Below are positions 13,501 through 27,497 of a DNA stretch of 64,000 nt, in pieces. The notes beneath the pieces are model-generated. The model was given only the letters and a program-made list of their open reading frames with translations, had not been told where the DNA came from and made no database searches. Both the position numbers and the translations under genes were made by a program. This DNA comes from Proteromonas lacertae. Lineage: Eukaryota. Within the stretch, counting starts at the first letter, position 1, and every line of letters starts with the position of its first letter. The stretch covers positions 62,001 to 126,000 of the forward strand of contig NGBS01000021.1 in NCBI GenBank assembly GCA_002245135.1, read 5' to 3'.

Positions 13501-16500
13501 AAAGTAAATCATATAAAGAAGTATTAACATCATTTCTTAATCACTCTCCAATTTCATTTGTTAGTTATGATATTACAAAAATATCAAAGATAGAATTTGG
13601 TAATATAATAATGAATAAACCAGGTATTGTTTATGTAATTAGTCCAGTCAGTGATGAATTAGTATATTATGTTAGTCACTTGCATTATATAAATGCTGTC
13701 AAATCCAATATATTGACATTTGTTACAGTTTGTGAAGAAGAATTGATATATTTTGAAGAAGGAAGTGTAGAAGATTTCAATATAATTGATATATCATTCA
13801 GTGTAATGTTTTATAAAATTGATTTTACAATTATATATGTCACTCCATTTTTACAATTCAATACAAGTTCATTGACAAAGACAACATATATGTTGATGAA
13901 TTTTGTTAAGGATGTGACATCATTTCAAAGATCTCCAACTGCTGCATTAGAAATGATTAGTATTATGTTTGATTATAATAATGATGATGGAAGTAATAGA
14001 ATATTTTACAATAATTATATGAATAAAAGAGCCAAGATAGGTAGAATTAATAAATATAATAAAGTAGATGAAGTATTATTCATATCAAATACCAATGAAG
14101 ATCCTGATCCTTATTATCATCTCTATGATTATAATACAGATAGATGTGTTTTTCGAGGTTCATTATCTAGTTTTAAATCAGCAGGAATAGTAATTTTAGT
14201 TGATTATGAATATGATTTAGTTTTAAAACATTATGTATTTTTCTTATTGGATAGTTTTATGAAAAAAGAGATAAATGGATATAAATATAAAGGTTATGCT
14301 TATATAATATCAAAAGAAGATGAATGTAGAAATGAATTAGAGAAATATGTAAAACATGAAGATATAAATGTTTTAATATCAATAAATATTGATGTTTGTT
14401 CTGAATCCTTATTTACTGAATATGACAAATATAACAAGACAATATGGTTAGTGACAAATAGACCAGTCGAAACTCGTTTATATAATGTAATTAATACTGG
14501 ATTATCAATAACAAGTACAATTAGACCAGTAATAATGCAATTAATATTAAATAGATATAATAGTCCAGTATTAATAATTGTTCATCCAAAATGGAAGAAA
14601 TATTATGAATGGGTTGGAAAATTAATTTCAGAATATGGTCTTAGAATAATAGATGTGATATATTCAAATGATGAAAATATAATTAATAAAGAAGTAAATA
14701 ATTATGTGAAAGAATATTCAAATGGTTTTCATTTGTTTATAGAAGAGAAATCCATCATATTAGAAAGAATAATTGAGAATGTGAATATCAATAGTAATAA
14801 CAATAAAGATGGTTTATTTGATTTTGTATCATTCATTGAATCTCCAGATTACTTTATAGATGATCCTTATTATATAAGAATAGGAACATATTTACATCCT
14901 GCAACAGATGAAGATATGTCAAAATATCCATTATTCTTTAATGATTTAAGTAGAAGATTTAGTGATGGTTATCCACCAATATACAGTTCAATTTATATAT
15001 CGTTATTTTTTCAAGAATATTTGATATCACTTACAGGTTCTCCTAATCTTGATATTTCAATTAGGGATATTTTATTATCACTCCCATTACCTTCTATGGA
15101 AGGTCCATTTTCTTTGGACAGAGGAAATAACTTAAGGAGAAGATTATCAATTGCCTATTCTCCAAAAGGAATCTACACTGAATATTATCTGAATAATACT
15201 GATAGTTATATGAATTTATTTGATGCTTCATATAAAAGTATATCAATTCCAAATTGTAATAATAATCCATGTGAATATAAAAATATTGATGTAATAAAAA
15301 TTGGTTTAATAATTCCAAGTATTAATGAATCTGAAAGAGTGATAAACTCAATTCTTCATCCATTCTATTTAATAGAAAAATATTTCCATATTAATCGATT
15401 TATCCCAACAATAGATGATAAAATGTATTATCCAATTTTACATGTTTGTAATATATCAATAACCAAAACATTTGTAGATTGTGTGAATGAAGTATTAAAT
15501 ATTACTGAAGTATCTTACTTTGTGACAAATTTAGATTATGTAACTAATGAAGGAAATTATGCAAATAGATCATCATATTTACCAAAACATTCATTTAGAA
15601 ATGGATATAGATTTGACTCAATAATATTCAATATTGGTCATACATTATCAGATTATAAAAGTCCATTTTATTCATTAGGAGCATCTGTAGATTCAATGGC
15701 AAATGAAGTATATCTTTCAATAATGAAATCAATAAAACGAGATGTTTATATATTGAGTTACTCTAGAAACAAAATTTCTAAGAGAATAACCTCTTTATTA
15801 AATCAAATATTCATATCATCAGGAAATAATATAAATATAATTGAATATGATAATCCAAGCAAGTCAACAGAAGTATTAAAAGGATGTTATAATTCGTCAT
15901 CTTGTGCTTTTATTAATACATTACCATGTTCAATAAGTAAAAATGTTATGAAAGAATTCAATGAAAAAGGAAAATGTTCAACATATTTCTTATTTCAAGA
16001 TATAGTAACAAATGATAATTTAGAATGTAGTTATGAAGGAACTTATATAGTTCAAGGATATATTTCATCTTTATTAGATACTGATTATTCATTTATAGGT
16101 GAAACAACAAAACAATATGTAGATATTGTAAATTTATATTTAGGAGACTCATACAATATGTATGAAACAAACTGTTATGCTTATGATGTAATATTAATGA
16201 CATTAAGTTCATTTGAAAGAGTTGATAGATATACAATTGATACAGTAAATAATAATCTATTATATAAAGAGTTTGAAAGTGCAAGTGGAACAATATCATT
16301 TGGAGATAGTAATTTGATAAATAGAAACATCTATTTTGCTGAAGTAATTTCTTCAAAGAAAGTAGAAATGATAACTTATAAAGATTTATATTCATCTATT
16401 CCAGAATTACAAGCGTCATCAGAAACAAAGAATGTTTATATTGGTTTGTTGTTAGATTTTGGAGCAAATGAAGAGAGTTTATCAAAACATTTAGTATCAT

Positions 16501-18542
16501 TTGCAGATGCTGTATTAGTGTATATAAATGAAGAGAAAATCTCAAACAATATAACATTCTTCTTGAAAAGATATTCTTTGACTAGAAAGAACAAGACTGA
16601 AGATGTTAATACAATTAAGAATATATTGAATGATAAAGAGATAGATACAATAATTGGTTGTACATCTGGTTATTGTTTCAATTTATTCCTTGAATATTTC
16701 AACAGTGATTATAAGAAACTATTCTATCCAATTATCTCTCCTTATGGTTATATATGTGACAGATACATTATATTATTCTTGCAAAATCCAATCAACAAAA
16801 TACATTCATTAATGAATTCAACTGAAATATCAATAACAGATCATCTGATATTTATATATGACAACAATTCAAAAGAATTGATAAAAATAATGAATTTTAA
16901 GAATAATAAAAAGATTGATCATATTTTATATCCATTTGAAGGTAATATGACAATGAATGATTTTATCAATATGTCTAAAAGTCTAACAATATTTAATTTC
17001 ATCACTTCAGATTATTTAAGAGAATTTGAGATGAGTTATATATTATGTAATAGAATAATAAAATCCAATAGTTTACAAATCTTCTTCTATTTGGATGAAT
17101 ATGAGATTGGTTTAGATATAATGAAAGAATTAGGAAATAACATAATAGTATATTCATATAGTCATGATATTCATTCAACAAGTTCAACAACCTATATAAA
17201 TTATCTCCAAAAGCAATTAAGTACAAATGATTTGTATATAACCAACAAGATGATTACTTATGATGCGATATTTTCAATAGTGGTAAATAGTTATAAGAAA
17301 ACCTATTCATTAACAAAATTAAAACTAAATAAAGAAGAATTGATAGATTATCTTCAAATATCTAGTCATAGTAAAATGAGTTCATATCTAGTAGGAGATA
17401 TATATGGAACAAATTCAAACAGTTTTGAAGACTATTGTTATATATCGGATATAAATATGGATGGTTCAATAAGTAGTACATTTCAATTAAGTGATCAATT
17501 ACTTCCATATCAATATTCAACAGATAGTTGTATTTTATCAAAGAAAGAAATTGCTTATGAATTTTCAAAAGCAATATTCATATTAATATATATTCTTACA
17601 GTACTATTAATAATAATCTTCTTAATCTTATGGTTATTATTAGAAAGATATAAAAGTTCAGCAATATTCAGAGCAGATGAAGTTGTTCTTTTGAGAGGAT
17701 TATTATTGTCTGGCTTAATATCTCCAATTTGTAGTTTTTATACGAATATTAATTTGAATAGTGATACAAAATGTATAGTTAGAATGGCATTTCTTTTATT
17801 ACCATTTGATAATTTCTTTTATCTTTTATCAACTAGTTTATCATGGATAGAGAAAGTATATGGCAATAGTTTGAAGAATGTAGATTACAAAGCCAGATAT
17901 GTGATATTCAAATTATTATTGTTGGATGTTTTGAACATACTGTTTACTGTCATTTATTTATCGATAACTCCTTTTTCCTACTTTGTAAAACATGAAGATG
18001 TGAATAAAAGTGATTATATATCATTTTATTATTATCCTCAATGTTCAATAGAAACAGTTTATATAATTCTGAATTTAATGTTCTTCAGTTTATCATTGTG
18101 TTACAGTTATTATGAATTATATAAAATCAAAATGATTAAAGGAGATTATGAAATATCCAAACATTATACTAGAGCAATATCTTGGTGTGTTTTTATGATA
18201 GTTTTGTTTATTGCTTTTAATGTATTAGTTGAAGAATTTAATGAAGTGTTATATTTACTAGAAGAATTTTTGATATTATCTTATTCAATTGGAAGTAATT
18301 TGATGATTCTATTACCAAAACTATACTTCGTACATGTACATGAAATGTCTATTAGTTCAGGTATGATGTCAACAACAGGAGTGACAACAACAACAGTTGT
18401 TACTAATAATACTTCTAAAAATGTGGAATTTGAAGGATCAAGAGTAATATTTGTGAATAATGGAGGTAAAAAGAAAAACAAAGGAGTTGCTTTAAGTACA
18501 TTAAAAGCTGTTAAAACAGAAGATACTAGATTAAATTATTAA
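7513..18542 (+). CDS. Giant class C GPCR-like receptor: signal peptide, ~8-9 tandem periplasmic-binding (Venus flytrap, AmiC/UrtA-like) modules, C-terminal 7TM
   Basis: Repeated ~370-aa units starting I/F-G-I/L-I/L with YPxxxxGxxCxxxIxxxG-like motifs. Hydrophobic C-terminal region with C before TM3, an ECL2 Cys and an LLPKLY motif. One frame break at ~8800 and GT-AG introns near 10590 and 10730. Confidence 0.75.
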
Positions 18543-18575
18543 TATAAACATAAAATATAAATATTATGTATTTGA

Positions 18576-21500
18576 TTATATATTTTGTGTTTTATGTGTT
18601 TTTCTTCTCTTTTCAGCTTCTTCTTTCTTATTTACTATTAAAATATAATATTAATTATTTATACTCATTATTTTTGCTATATCACTAAGAGATTTCCCTT
18701 CATTCATCTTTCTCTTTTCCATTTCAAATTTCTTTTTCTTTTCTTTCCAATAATTCTTTGAACAAAATGAATTCATAAAACTCAATTGTAATTTAAATGC
18801 TGGAAATAATAATAATGGTTGACTTATATGTAAATTATTAATTGTACTGAAATCGACATCTCTTGTTGGATTTATATATTTATCTATATCACTACAGATT
18901 TCATTCACTTTGAATTCTTGACTGTTGTTTTCATTCAATTGATGAATTGTTGTTAATAATTGTTCTTTTGTTATTGAACCTTTTTGATTTTTATCATATA
19001 ATTTTATTATCATCTTTAATATTTCACTTTCATTTAATAAACAGTAAGGGCCAATTGTTTTTAATGCATTACATAGCGTTATGTGAGTTATTGATTCTTC
19101 TCTTGTATAATATTTAAATAGTCTTTTACTATATTCAGTTATTGGTTCCTATTTAATTAATAAAATAATAATAACAAATGATTGTTATATATACTCCAAT
19201 ATAATTAAACAATTCTTCCATTGTTATAAATCCATATCCTTTATTATCGATTTTATTAAAACATTTTTCAAATTGATTCATTTCATCTATATTCATTTCT
19301 AATTTATCACATTCATTTTGTAATTTCTTTAATTCTTCTTCTTTATATTTCATTAATTCTTCTAATTTCTTACTTGCTTTTTCTTTTATATCACTCAATA
19401 TATAATCTTCTGGATATTTATCCAGTAATTTATCTATATTTACTATTTCATTTTCTATATCAGAGATTCTAGTAAAATCATTATAACTTGGAATATTTCG
19501 TTTATAATATTGAAACCAAATATGAGAATCTTTATCTAATCCAAATTCACTTAAATCAATATCCATTTTCTTATAATGTTGAGAAGATAATTCAATGATT
19601 CTATCACTACCTATTGTTAAAGCAATATTAGATATAAATTGATCAGTTCCTCGATTAAACCATACATTAAACTAATAAATAAATATTAAATAATAATTAT
19701 AAAATATATACTCCATTTTCACCTTCTACTAATTCTTTTCTTTCATAAAAAGAATATTTATAATCACTCATATTTACATACAATTTATTATCTTTTTTAC
19801 TATGAGACAAGATCATCTCACTTATAAATAAAACTATTAAAATAGATAAACAACATTTTTATACATGGATCTTCACATTCTGTATACCACATACTGATAA
19901 CTTCCTTATCATTATATTTCAATGTTCCATTCACTTGAGTATAATAAGGTAATTTCATTTTTTGATTCCTCTTTTGTTCTTTTACAAAATTCTTCATCTC
20001 TTCTTCTCCATATAATATTATAAAATCACTTATTCCTTTTACACTATCATCTGCTGTTGGGATTACAAATTCTTTTAATTTCTCTTCATCACTTTCACTT
20101 TGAATTGAACTTAATGAACCTATTGCTCCGAATGTAAATGGAAATATTTCATCATTATGTTGTAAAAATAATGGAGTAAAAGATTTCTTTGATACTATTC
20201 TCAATATATTATAACAATAATTATAATTATACACATTTTCTTCAACTCTTCATCATGTTTCTTTAAATCTTCAATATCTTCTTTATTTAAGGAGAATTTC
20301 TCTCGTAGTCTTCTTTGTTTTGTTCTTACTTTTTCTACTGTCTGTTTTGCTTCTTCATATTGTTTATCTAATGAAGGATTTCCTAATGGAATTTCTACTT
20401 TATGTAAATCTTTCACTTTCCATGGTTCTGTTTCATACAATTTCGTCCATTTTACTACTGTATACATCAATCTTTCATCTCGATCTTTTAATATTGGAAC
20501 TACTTCTTTCTCTCGACTTACAGTATAAGCAATATCTTTGGATCGATATTTTGTTTCACTTTGACATAATCGATCGATTTCACCTACTATCAGATTTCTT
20601 TGATCTATCAAGTGTGATAATTTTATTGAGTTTAAATGTAATTGATTCGCATAGTCACAATTATTGTGTTTTTCTAAGTTATGTGGATCTAATGTTACTA
20701 CAATTGTTCTGATTGTACCTCGAAATGCATTGATTGTTTCTAAAAATTGACATTTCTCAGCAAAATATTCTTCTATGTGACTTTCTCTTACATTATCATT
20801 GAATAATTGAAGAATTGTATCATTTTCCCAAATAATTAAATAAAATTAAGAAAATGTTTAATGTAAAAATATTAGGGTTTAAAAAAAAAGATATTAATTT
20901 GTCCACTTAAATCTTCTTTCATTCTCAAGATTTCTTCTTTTCTATACCAATCTAATTTTCTGATCAATTTGAACCGTAAATTTTCATGTTCTAATTCATG
21001 AATAACTCTTTTTATTTCATGTTTTATTACAACATCAGGTGATATTTTCTTACTGTATTTTTCTATTTCAACTTTTTCTTCATTTAAAAATTTCAATTCA
21101 GCTTTCATATCAGCCAATTTCTCTTTATTTTTTTCAACTGTTACATCATATTCTAATTGTTTTATTCTTGTGTCAATTGTGTAATCAATTTGATCAATTT
21201 GTTTTATTGAATAAGATATATCTCCATGAAGTGTTCTTAATACATTTTGTTGAAGTTTTAATTCATTTTTTCGATTGTATAAATACTTCATTTGAGCATT
21301 TGTTATGTGTCTATAAATATCAAACCTTTTTACTAATCTTTCATGATAACTATACATTAAATGATTATACGTTATATATATACTCTAAATAGACTTGAGC
21401 TAAACGAACATAAGGCTGTAATAATTGATAAGTTGCTTCATCTCCTTTTTCTTCTGCTGTAAACATTGCTTTATCTAATAAATGACAATTCTTTTGTGCT

Positions 21501-24500
21501 ATTTGATAATTCCTTTCTTCCAATTTATCTATATATAAACATAATAAATATATAATAAAATTAAATAAATACATTCATAATAATATATTCCATCAATTTC
21601 ATCTAATTCCATCAACTTACTTTCATAATCACTCCATAAATCTCTATAAATGTAACTTTTATCTTCACATTCTTTCTTTTGAGCTACTTTATGCTCACTC
21701 TTATATTTTCCTTCTTCTAATAAATTCCTTAACATTTCTCTTCGTTTATCTGTTGGAGTATCTTCAGGTACTTGAGCTAATGATCGAGTGATGTGTTTTC
21801 GAGTTAAATATCCTCTAACTATTCTTTCTATTGCTTTAGCTGCTTCATTTTTCCTTTTATTAAAGTCTTCTTCTTCTTTCTTTTTTCTCATTTCTTTATA
21901 TATTTTTCTTCCTAAAAATCCTCGATAAGTACGTTGTACGAATATTGCTGCTTCTAATCGTTGTTTATTTATATCAACTAGTGTAATTTTTGGCTTTAAT
22001 ACTTTCGATTTAAACCCTTCTTTCATCATTCTTTGCTTGTTTTCTTCATTCTCTTTAAGTTTATTCAATTCTTTCTTTTTCATTTCCAATATTTCACTTT
22101 CTTTATATATCTTTTCTATATCTTCATTGATTATTTTCATTATATTTTCTAAATCATTTGTATTGTTATTGACAGAAGGATTATATTCAATATTTGATTG
22201 AAGAAATTTATAAGCAATATTTGTTAAATCTCGAAGGATTTGATTAACTGTACCATTATGTAGACTTAATTGAATTTGAATAAGATTTTTTGATAAAATA
22301 ATTCTTTCATTAACTTTTAATTTTGCTTTCCATAATACACATAGTAATGGATTTATTTCATTTATTAAATTCTTAAATTCAGGACTTTTTCTGTGATTAA
22401 ATATCATAAACTTTAATATTTCACATTAAATAAGAATTAAAGAAAATATATTCAAAAAGAAAATGAAAAAAAAATGATATGTCATTTTCAATTAATCTTT
22501 CAACTATTTGATTAATATATATTTCATGTTTCGTATCATTTGGATCAATAGATAATTGAATTATATTTATTGTTAATTTACATACAACATCTATCATATT
22601 CTCTATATTATTCAATAATAATAATCCAATATTCTCAGGTAAATATCTACTAATTAAAGTTTGAATAATATAACTCTTCCAATTATTTACTCTTTTATTT
22701 GCTAATTTGTGAATACGTTGAATTGAATTGGTTATTATATATCTTTGTTCAGAATCAGCTGGCATTTTTACTGAATTTAATGTTATAAATACATTTCGAA
22801 TTCTGTCTATTAACATATCAAATGTTCCACAATCATATCTTAAATAATCATTTTCTTTTGGTTCATTGATTTGTAATTGATATAATAACTTGATATGAGA
22901 TTGGGCTTCAGCATTACTATCATATATTATACCTCTTATTCTTTGCATATCTCTTCTTCTATTTACTTCAGTTTCTTCTAAACATGCTAATTTTCTCTCA
23001 CCATATCTTACATACGCTCTTCTCAGTATCAAAATTAAAGAAAAATAAATAATTAAAAAGTTATAAATTTAAAAAAAAGATATAATAATCTTGAATATCT
23101 TCACTTAATTCACATTGTACATCATAATCTAAACAATATTGATAATATAACATTGGTGCAACTCTACTACGATAAGTGGCTTGGATTTTCATTGCTTCTA
23201 ACTCTTGAATCACTGTGTATAATACTTTTCTTCTTCTATAATGCCAAGCTTGAAGTAATAATCTCAAACCTCCAGCTCGATTATTATCAAGCCTAATCTT
23301 ATTGGCTACTTTAATTGCTTGTTTCTTACGGAATAATGTTTGAATATTTATACATAACCTTTCAATTATTGACATTCTTTCTGCTGCTTTCTTTTTTAAG
23401 TCTTTTAATATATTTTTAGCTTCAACTTTTAGCGTATAATAATACCAAGCCATAGATATATTCATAACGGCTAGTCTTTCAGTATTAATTCTTTCTTTAT
23501 ATAAATATTGATAATATTTAGACATATTTCCTTTATAATCAAATCCAATTCCATTAACAAATAATTGTAAATCATCTCTTTTGTTATTGCAATATTTATA
23601 TAATAAACTAATCATCTCTTCATTATCTTCGCTATTGACAGTGTTTGTACAATCAAATATTCGAATAAATGAACAAACTAAAAGAATATGATTTAATGAT
23701 TCAATACTCACTTTAGAATTGATTAAATATAATTCATATAGATTATTATTAAAAGGAATTGTATTACCACTAACATACGTATTACATAATGATAATCGAT
23801 GAATATAAGGATTACGTTGGAATAACGAGTCTATGACTTCATCATTGATATTATTGGTTATTGAACTATCGAATGATTGTATTTCTAAATCTGTTATTTT
23901 AGTACATTTATTAATCAAATAGTAAATACAATCATTGGATAAAACATTGTAAGTTCCAACTTTTAGATACTTCAAATTCACTAATTCACCAAAATATTTA
24001 AATGATATATCCGTTACACCACTATCACAAACGACTAGTTTTTCAATATTTGGACTAAAACATATTAAACTATAAATTCCACGATCTGAGATATTCCAAA
24101 TGCCATTCATATATAATTCATTTAAATTATATAATGGAGTATTTATATTACAAAAGCATTTATCAGTAATTTCATAGATTCCTTGTATATTGATATATTT
24201 TATTGTCTTTAATAAGAATAACAATTGAATTGATTTATCAGTAAACTGTTTATTATTGGAGATATCTATTGATTCAATATTTAACATAAATGGAATTGCA
24301 TTAACCAATCCTTTATCATGAATATTGACAAGATTGTTTGCAATTACTTTCTATTAATAAAAAAGATAATAAGTATATATATATATATACTTTAACATTA
24401 TTCTGAAGTCTAAAAAATGTCAAAAATCCAACATCTGTAACTTGATTACAATTGGATATATTAATGGTCTCTAAACATACACAAGCACTTCCTAATATAG

Positions 24501-26245
24501 CCAACATTCTATCATCTAAATTATTGTTATTCATTAAATTAATCTCTTTGATAGATGTATGTAAAAACAGAAATGAAGTGCCAATGGTGGAGCTTAAACA
24601 ACCTGATGTTATTCTATTACAGCCATCAATATATAAATATTTCAATTCTTTTACATCATCTAATATTTGGTAGATATATTCATCAGTAAAGTTGTTATTG
24701 TTACATAAATAGAGTGTTTCAATATTTACACAATCTATTAATATTATAATAATAATATATATACTTGCTAAATAGATGAGTGTTTCATTCGTTATTTGCT
24801 TATTATCACTTATATTGACATATTTCAACTGTCTTTCGAATTTATTACACAATATTTCAATGGAATAGTAAAAAGAAATAGAATTAAATAAAACTAAATA
24901 TCTTCATAAATATTTATATTTATATCAAAAAAAAGGATATATCTGTAATATTCTTACAATTAGATAAATTAATATAATTGATTTTATTCAATGCATTTAT
25001 TAGTTTAATCAATATTTCATCATTAATAACATCATTATTACTCAAATCTAATTCATTTATATTTTTTCCATATTCACAGATAATATCATAACAACCTTCA
25101 GTTAATTCAATATGATAAGGTAAAACCAATTTATTTATCTCATAATTACTCATCTATATATTATAATTATATATTTATATATTTATACTATTTCCTTCAA
25201 TATTTCTTCATCAAAAGTCCAACAATCAGTTTCTATAAAATCAATTGGTTTTCCAACTTCATATTTAGTATTCAGCCATAATCCACCTTTATCTTCACGT
25301 AGCATGTAATATTTATGAATCATTTCAATTGGAAATAACGATCCTTCAGGGATTCTAGAAGGTGGAGGCATTCTAAATAATAGAAAATAATAATTATTAA
25401 TATTATACAAGTAAAATAATGAATCTGATCCTATTCTTACATCACAACATCTTTTCTTCTTTAATCTATTCATTATTATTATATAATTAATACTTTTCTG
25501 AATTCACACCATAGTTTACTAAATCATTATATGTTACTATTTGATAGTTTTCATTATTATTTGATGATGATGTTGTTGTTACTGGTCTGCTTGATGTATT
25601 ATAGAATGGAGTGGATGGACTGATTGTGTTGGTAGTTACTGTTGTATTGGACCTTGCAGTTGATTCTGCTGAATTATTATTGTTGTTGTTAGATTCATTG
25701 GATGTATCTCTATTTGAAGAATTTTGTTTGTTAGTTATTGTTTTGGTTTTGGAGTTGTTGAATTCTACTGTTGTATTGTTATTGATGAATAATATGTTAT
25801 TGGTAGAAGGAGAAGACTTCGATCTGTGGATTTTTGATTTTATGAAATTATTATGTCTTCTTTTTATACGATTATTCTCCTTTATATATGGCAAATAATG
25901 TTCTTCAAAATGACTGTAATTGCATTCTTCTTTGTGTTTCTTTTGAAATTTATCATATGGTCTATTCATCATAAACAAATAAATATATATATTATTTAAA
26001 TAATACGTTTTAGGCCTATTTTTATCCTTAGTTTTAGGTAATTTGGTTGAAGTATTTGCTTCTTTAGGATGCTTTTTTCCATATTCATCTATTGGTTGAT
26101 CTAATAAATAAGCTGTGCTAGGTCCCGAAGTTTTAGTTGAGTCTCCTCTTGACAAAAGCATTCGCAAATTTTCACGAGATTTAGCTGTGTCTGACATAGT
26201 AATCACATTTTCATCTTTTGATTTTAATGTGTTTGATTTACTCAT
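18576..26245 (-). CDS. Large LRR (FBXL/AMN1-type) + IQ motifs + coiled coil + EF-hand protein; single multi-exon gene
   Basis: All track ORFs from 26245 to 18576 join in frame using ~13 GT-AG and 4 AT-type introns. LRRs (LSNCKNITD, ISNCNQVTD), IQ motifs (AAIFVQRTYRGFLGRK) and EF loops (DNKGYGFITMEE, DKNQKGSITKEQ). Confidence 0.75.
20836..20894 (-). other. U12-type intron, AT-AA termini (59 nt)
   Basis: ATATCTTTTTTTTT...TTTCTTAAT-TTTATTTAA; no AG acceptor nearby; restores LSGQI|IIWENDT frame. Confidence 0.7.
22426..22480 (-). other. U12-type intron, AT-AA termini (55 nt)
   Basis: ATATCATTTTTTT...TTCTTTAAT-TCTTATTTAA; an in-frame TAA means the exon cannot start before TGT; gives IEND|CEILKFM. 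Confidence 0.7.
23026..23083 (-). other. U12-type AT-AC intron (58 nt)
   Basis: ATATCTTTTTTT...TTCTTTAAT-TTTGATAC; gives IQDY|LRRAYVR in frame. Confidence 0.85.
24868..24940 (-). other. U12-type AT-AC intron (73 nt)
   Basis: Canonical ATATCCTTT donor, ends TTTTAC; restores the LRR LSNCKNITD|YSIEILCNK. Branch site weaker (TTATTTAAT). Confidence 0.85.
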
Positions 26246-26365
26246 TTTAATTAGATTCAATAAAAATCAGAGTTTTTGAATTTTAAAACGAAAAGGTTTG
26301 ATTATGTTTGATCCCTTTTTTCTCTTAATTGGATGATTAAATTCTATCATTATTTATATAATTAA

Positions 26366-26840
26366 TTAATTACAGTTAGTTTTATTCTTTTTAATTAAAT
26401 TTTTTCTTCTATCAGCTAATCTACAGTAACTACATTGACGGTGATAGTATGAGGAATTAGACATTGCAAATCTATTTAACATCTTAAATGCATGACATTT
26501 AACACATTTTTTATATTTGTGACCCTTATTTTTGCCATGATGTTCTTCCCAATCGCATATTTCTTTGCGGCTGTATTTTAATGAGCAATTTACGCATATT
26601 ACTCCTGTTCCATTTTTCATTTTGAATAATTCTTCTAATTTAAACTTCTGGTTACAGCAAGAGCATGTTTTTACAGTTTCATTATTTAATATGCTATATA
26701 TATCCTCATTATCTGATGTGAGTAAACTGTAATAGTGTTCGTACAGACTTTCAATAAGGTTATTAGAATTCTATTATACAGATATGTTGAACATATACAA
26801 TTAAATCCAAATCATCGAGTTCTAAATTTTTAGAATCCAT
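26366..26840 (-). CDS. Small Cys-rich zinc-finger protein (four CxxC pairs)
   Basis: ATG 26840, one 28-nt GT-AG intron; CSCC, CVNC, CVKC, CSYC. Confidence 0.65.
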
Positions 26841-27497
26841 ATTTATCAATGTAAACAAAAAGATAAACAAGAGTTTAACCCGAAAAGAAAAATAACCCCT
26901 TTTCAAAATTGGTTTATGGAAATGACAATGTAAAAATTTATTCATACTTATTAACATTCAAATAAACAATAAAATAAATCATATATCTAGATCTTTCGAT
27001 TATTTGAGATAAAATGGATAATTAGAAATCTATTGAGTGTAATACTTTCCATTAAATCTATTCTTTACTTTCTTATTTCTTATATTCTAATTCTAGCGTT
27101 ATAGCGTTGATTTAACAACATTTTTCTTTTAATCTCATCTTAATAGTCATTTCACTCTGTAGTTAGATTTTATACACTTATATATCTTCAAATATAGGTA
27201 TACACAACTCTCTAAACAAGAATTGATATATTCTGTCTATTACTTTCAATTTATGTATATTTTGATTATCAAAATTTCTTATAAAATGACTCTTACTCGC
27301 TAAACCTCTATATATAATCACAACTTCAACCTATAAAGAAATGACACAAAACACCCTTTTCTTTATCTAATATTATCCAAAACAAGTTAATAAATATAAT
27401 AATATACACATCTTTTGTATATTATGATAATTACATCATAAAACTATACATTAGAAAACCCACTTTGGTCATCCAAAATACTCAACATATTTTAAAA

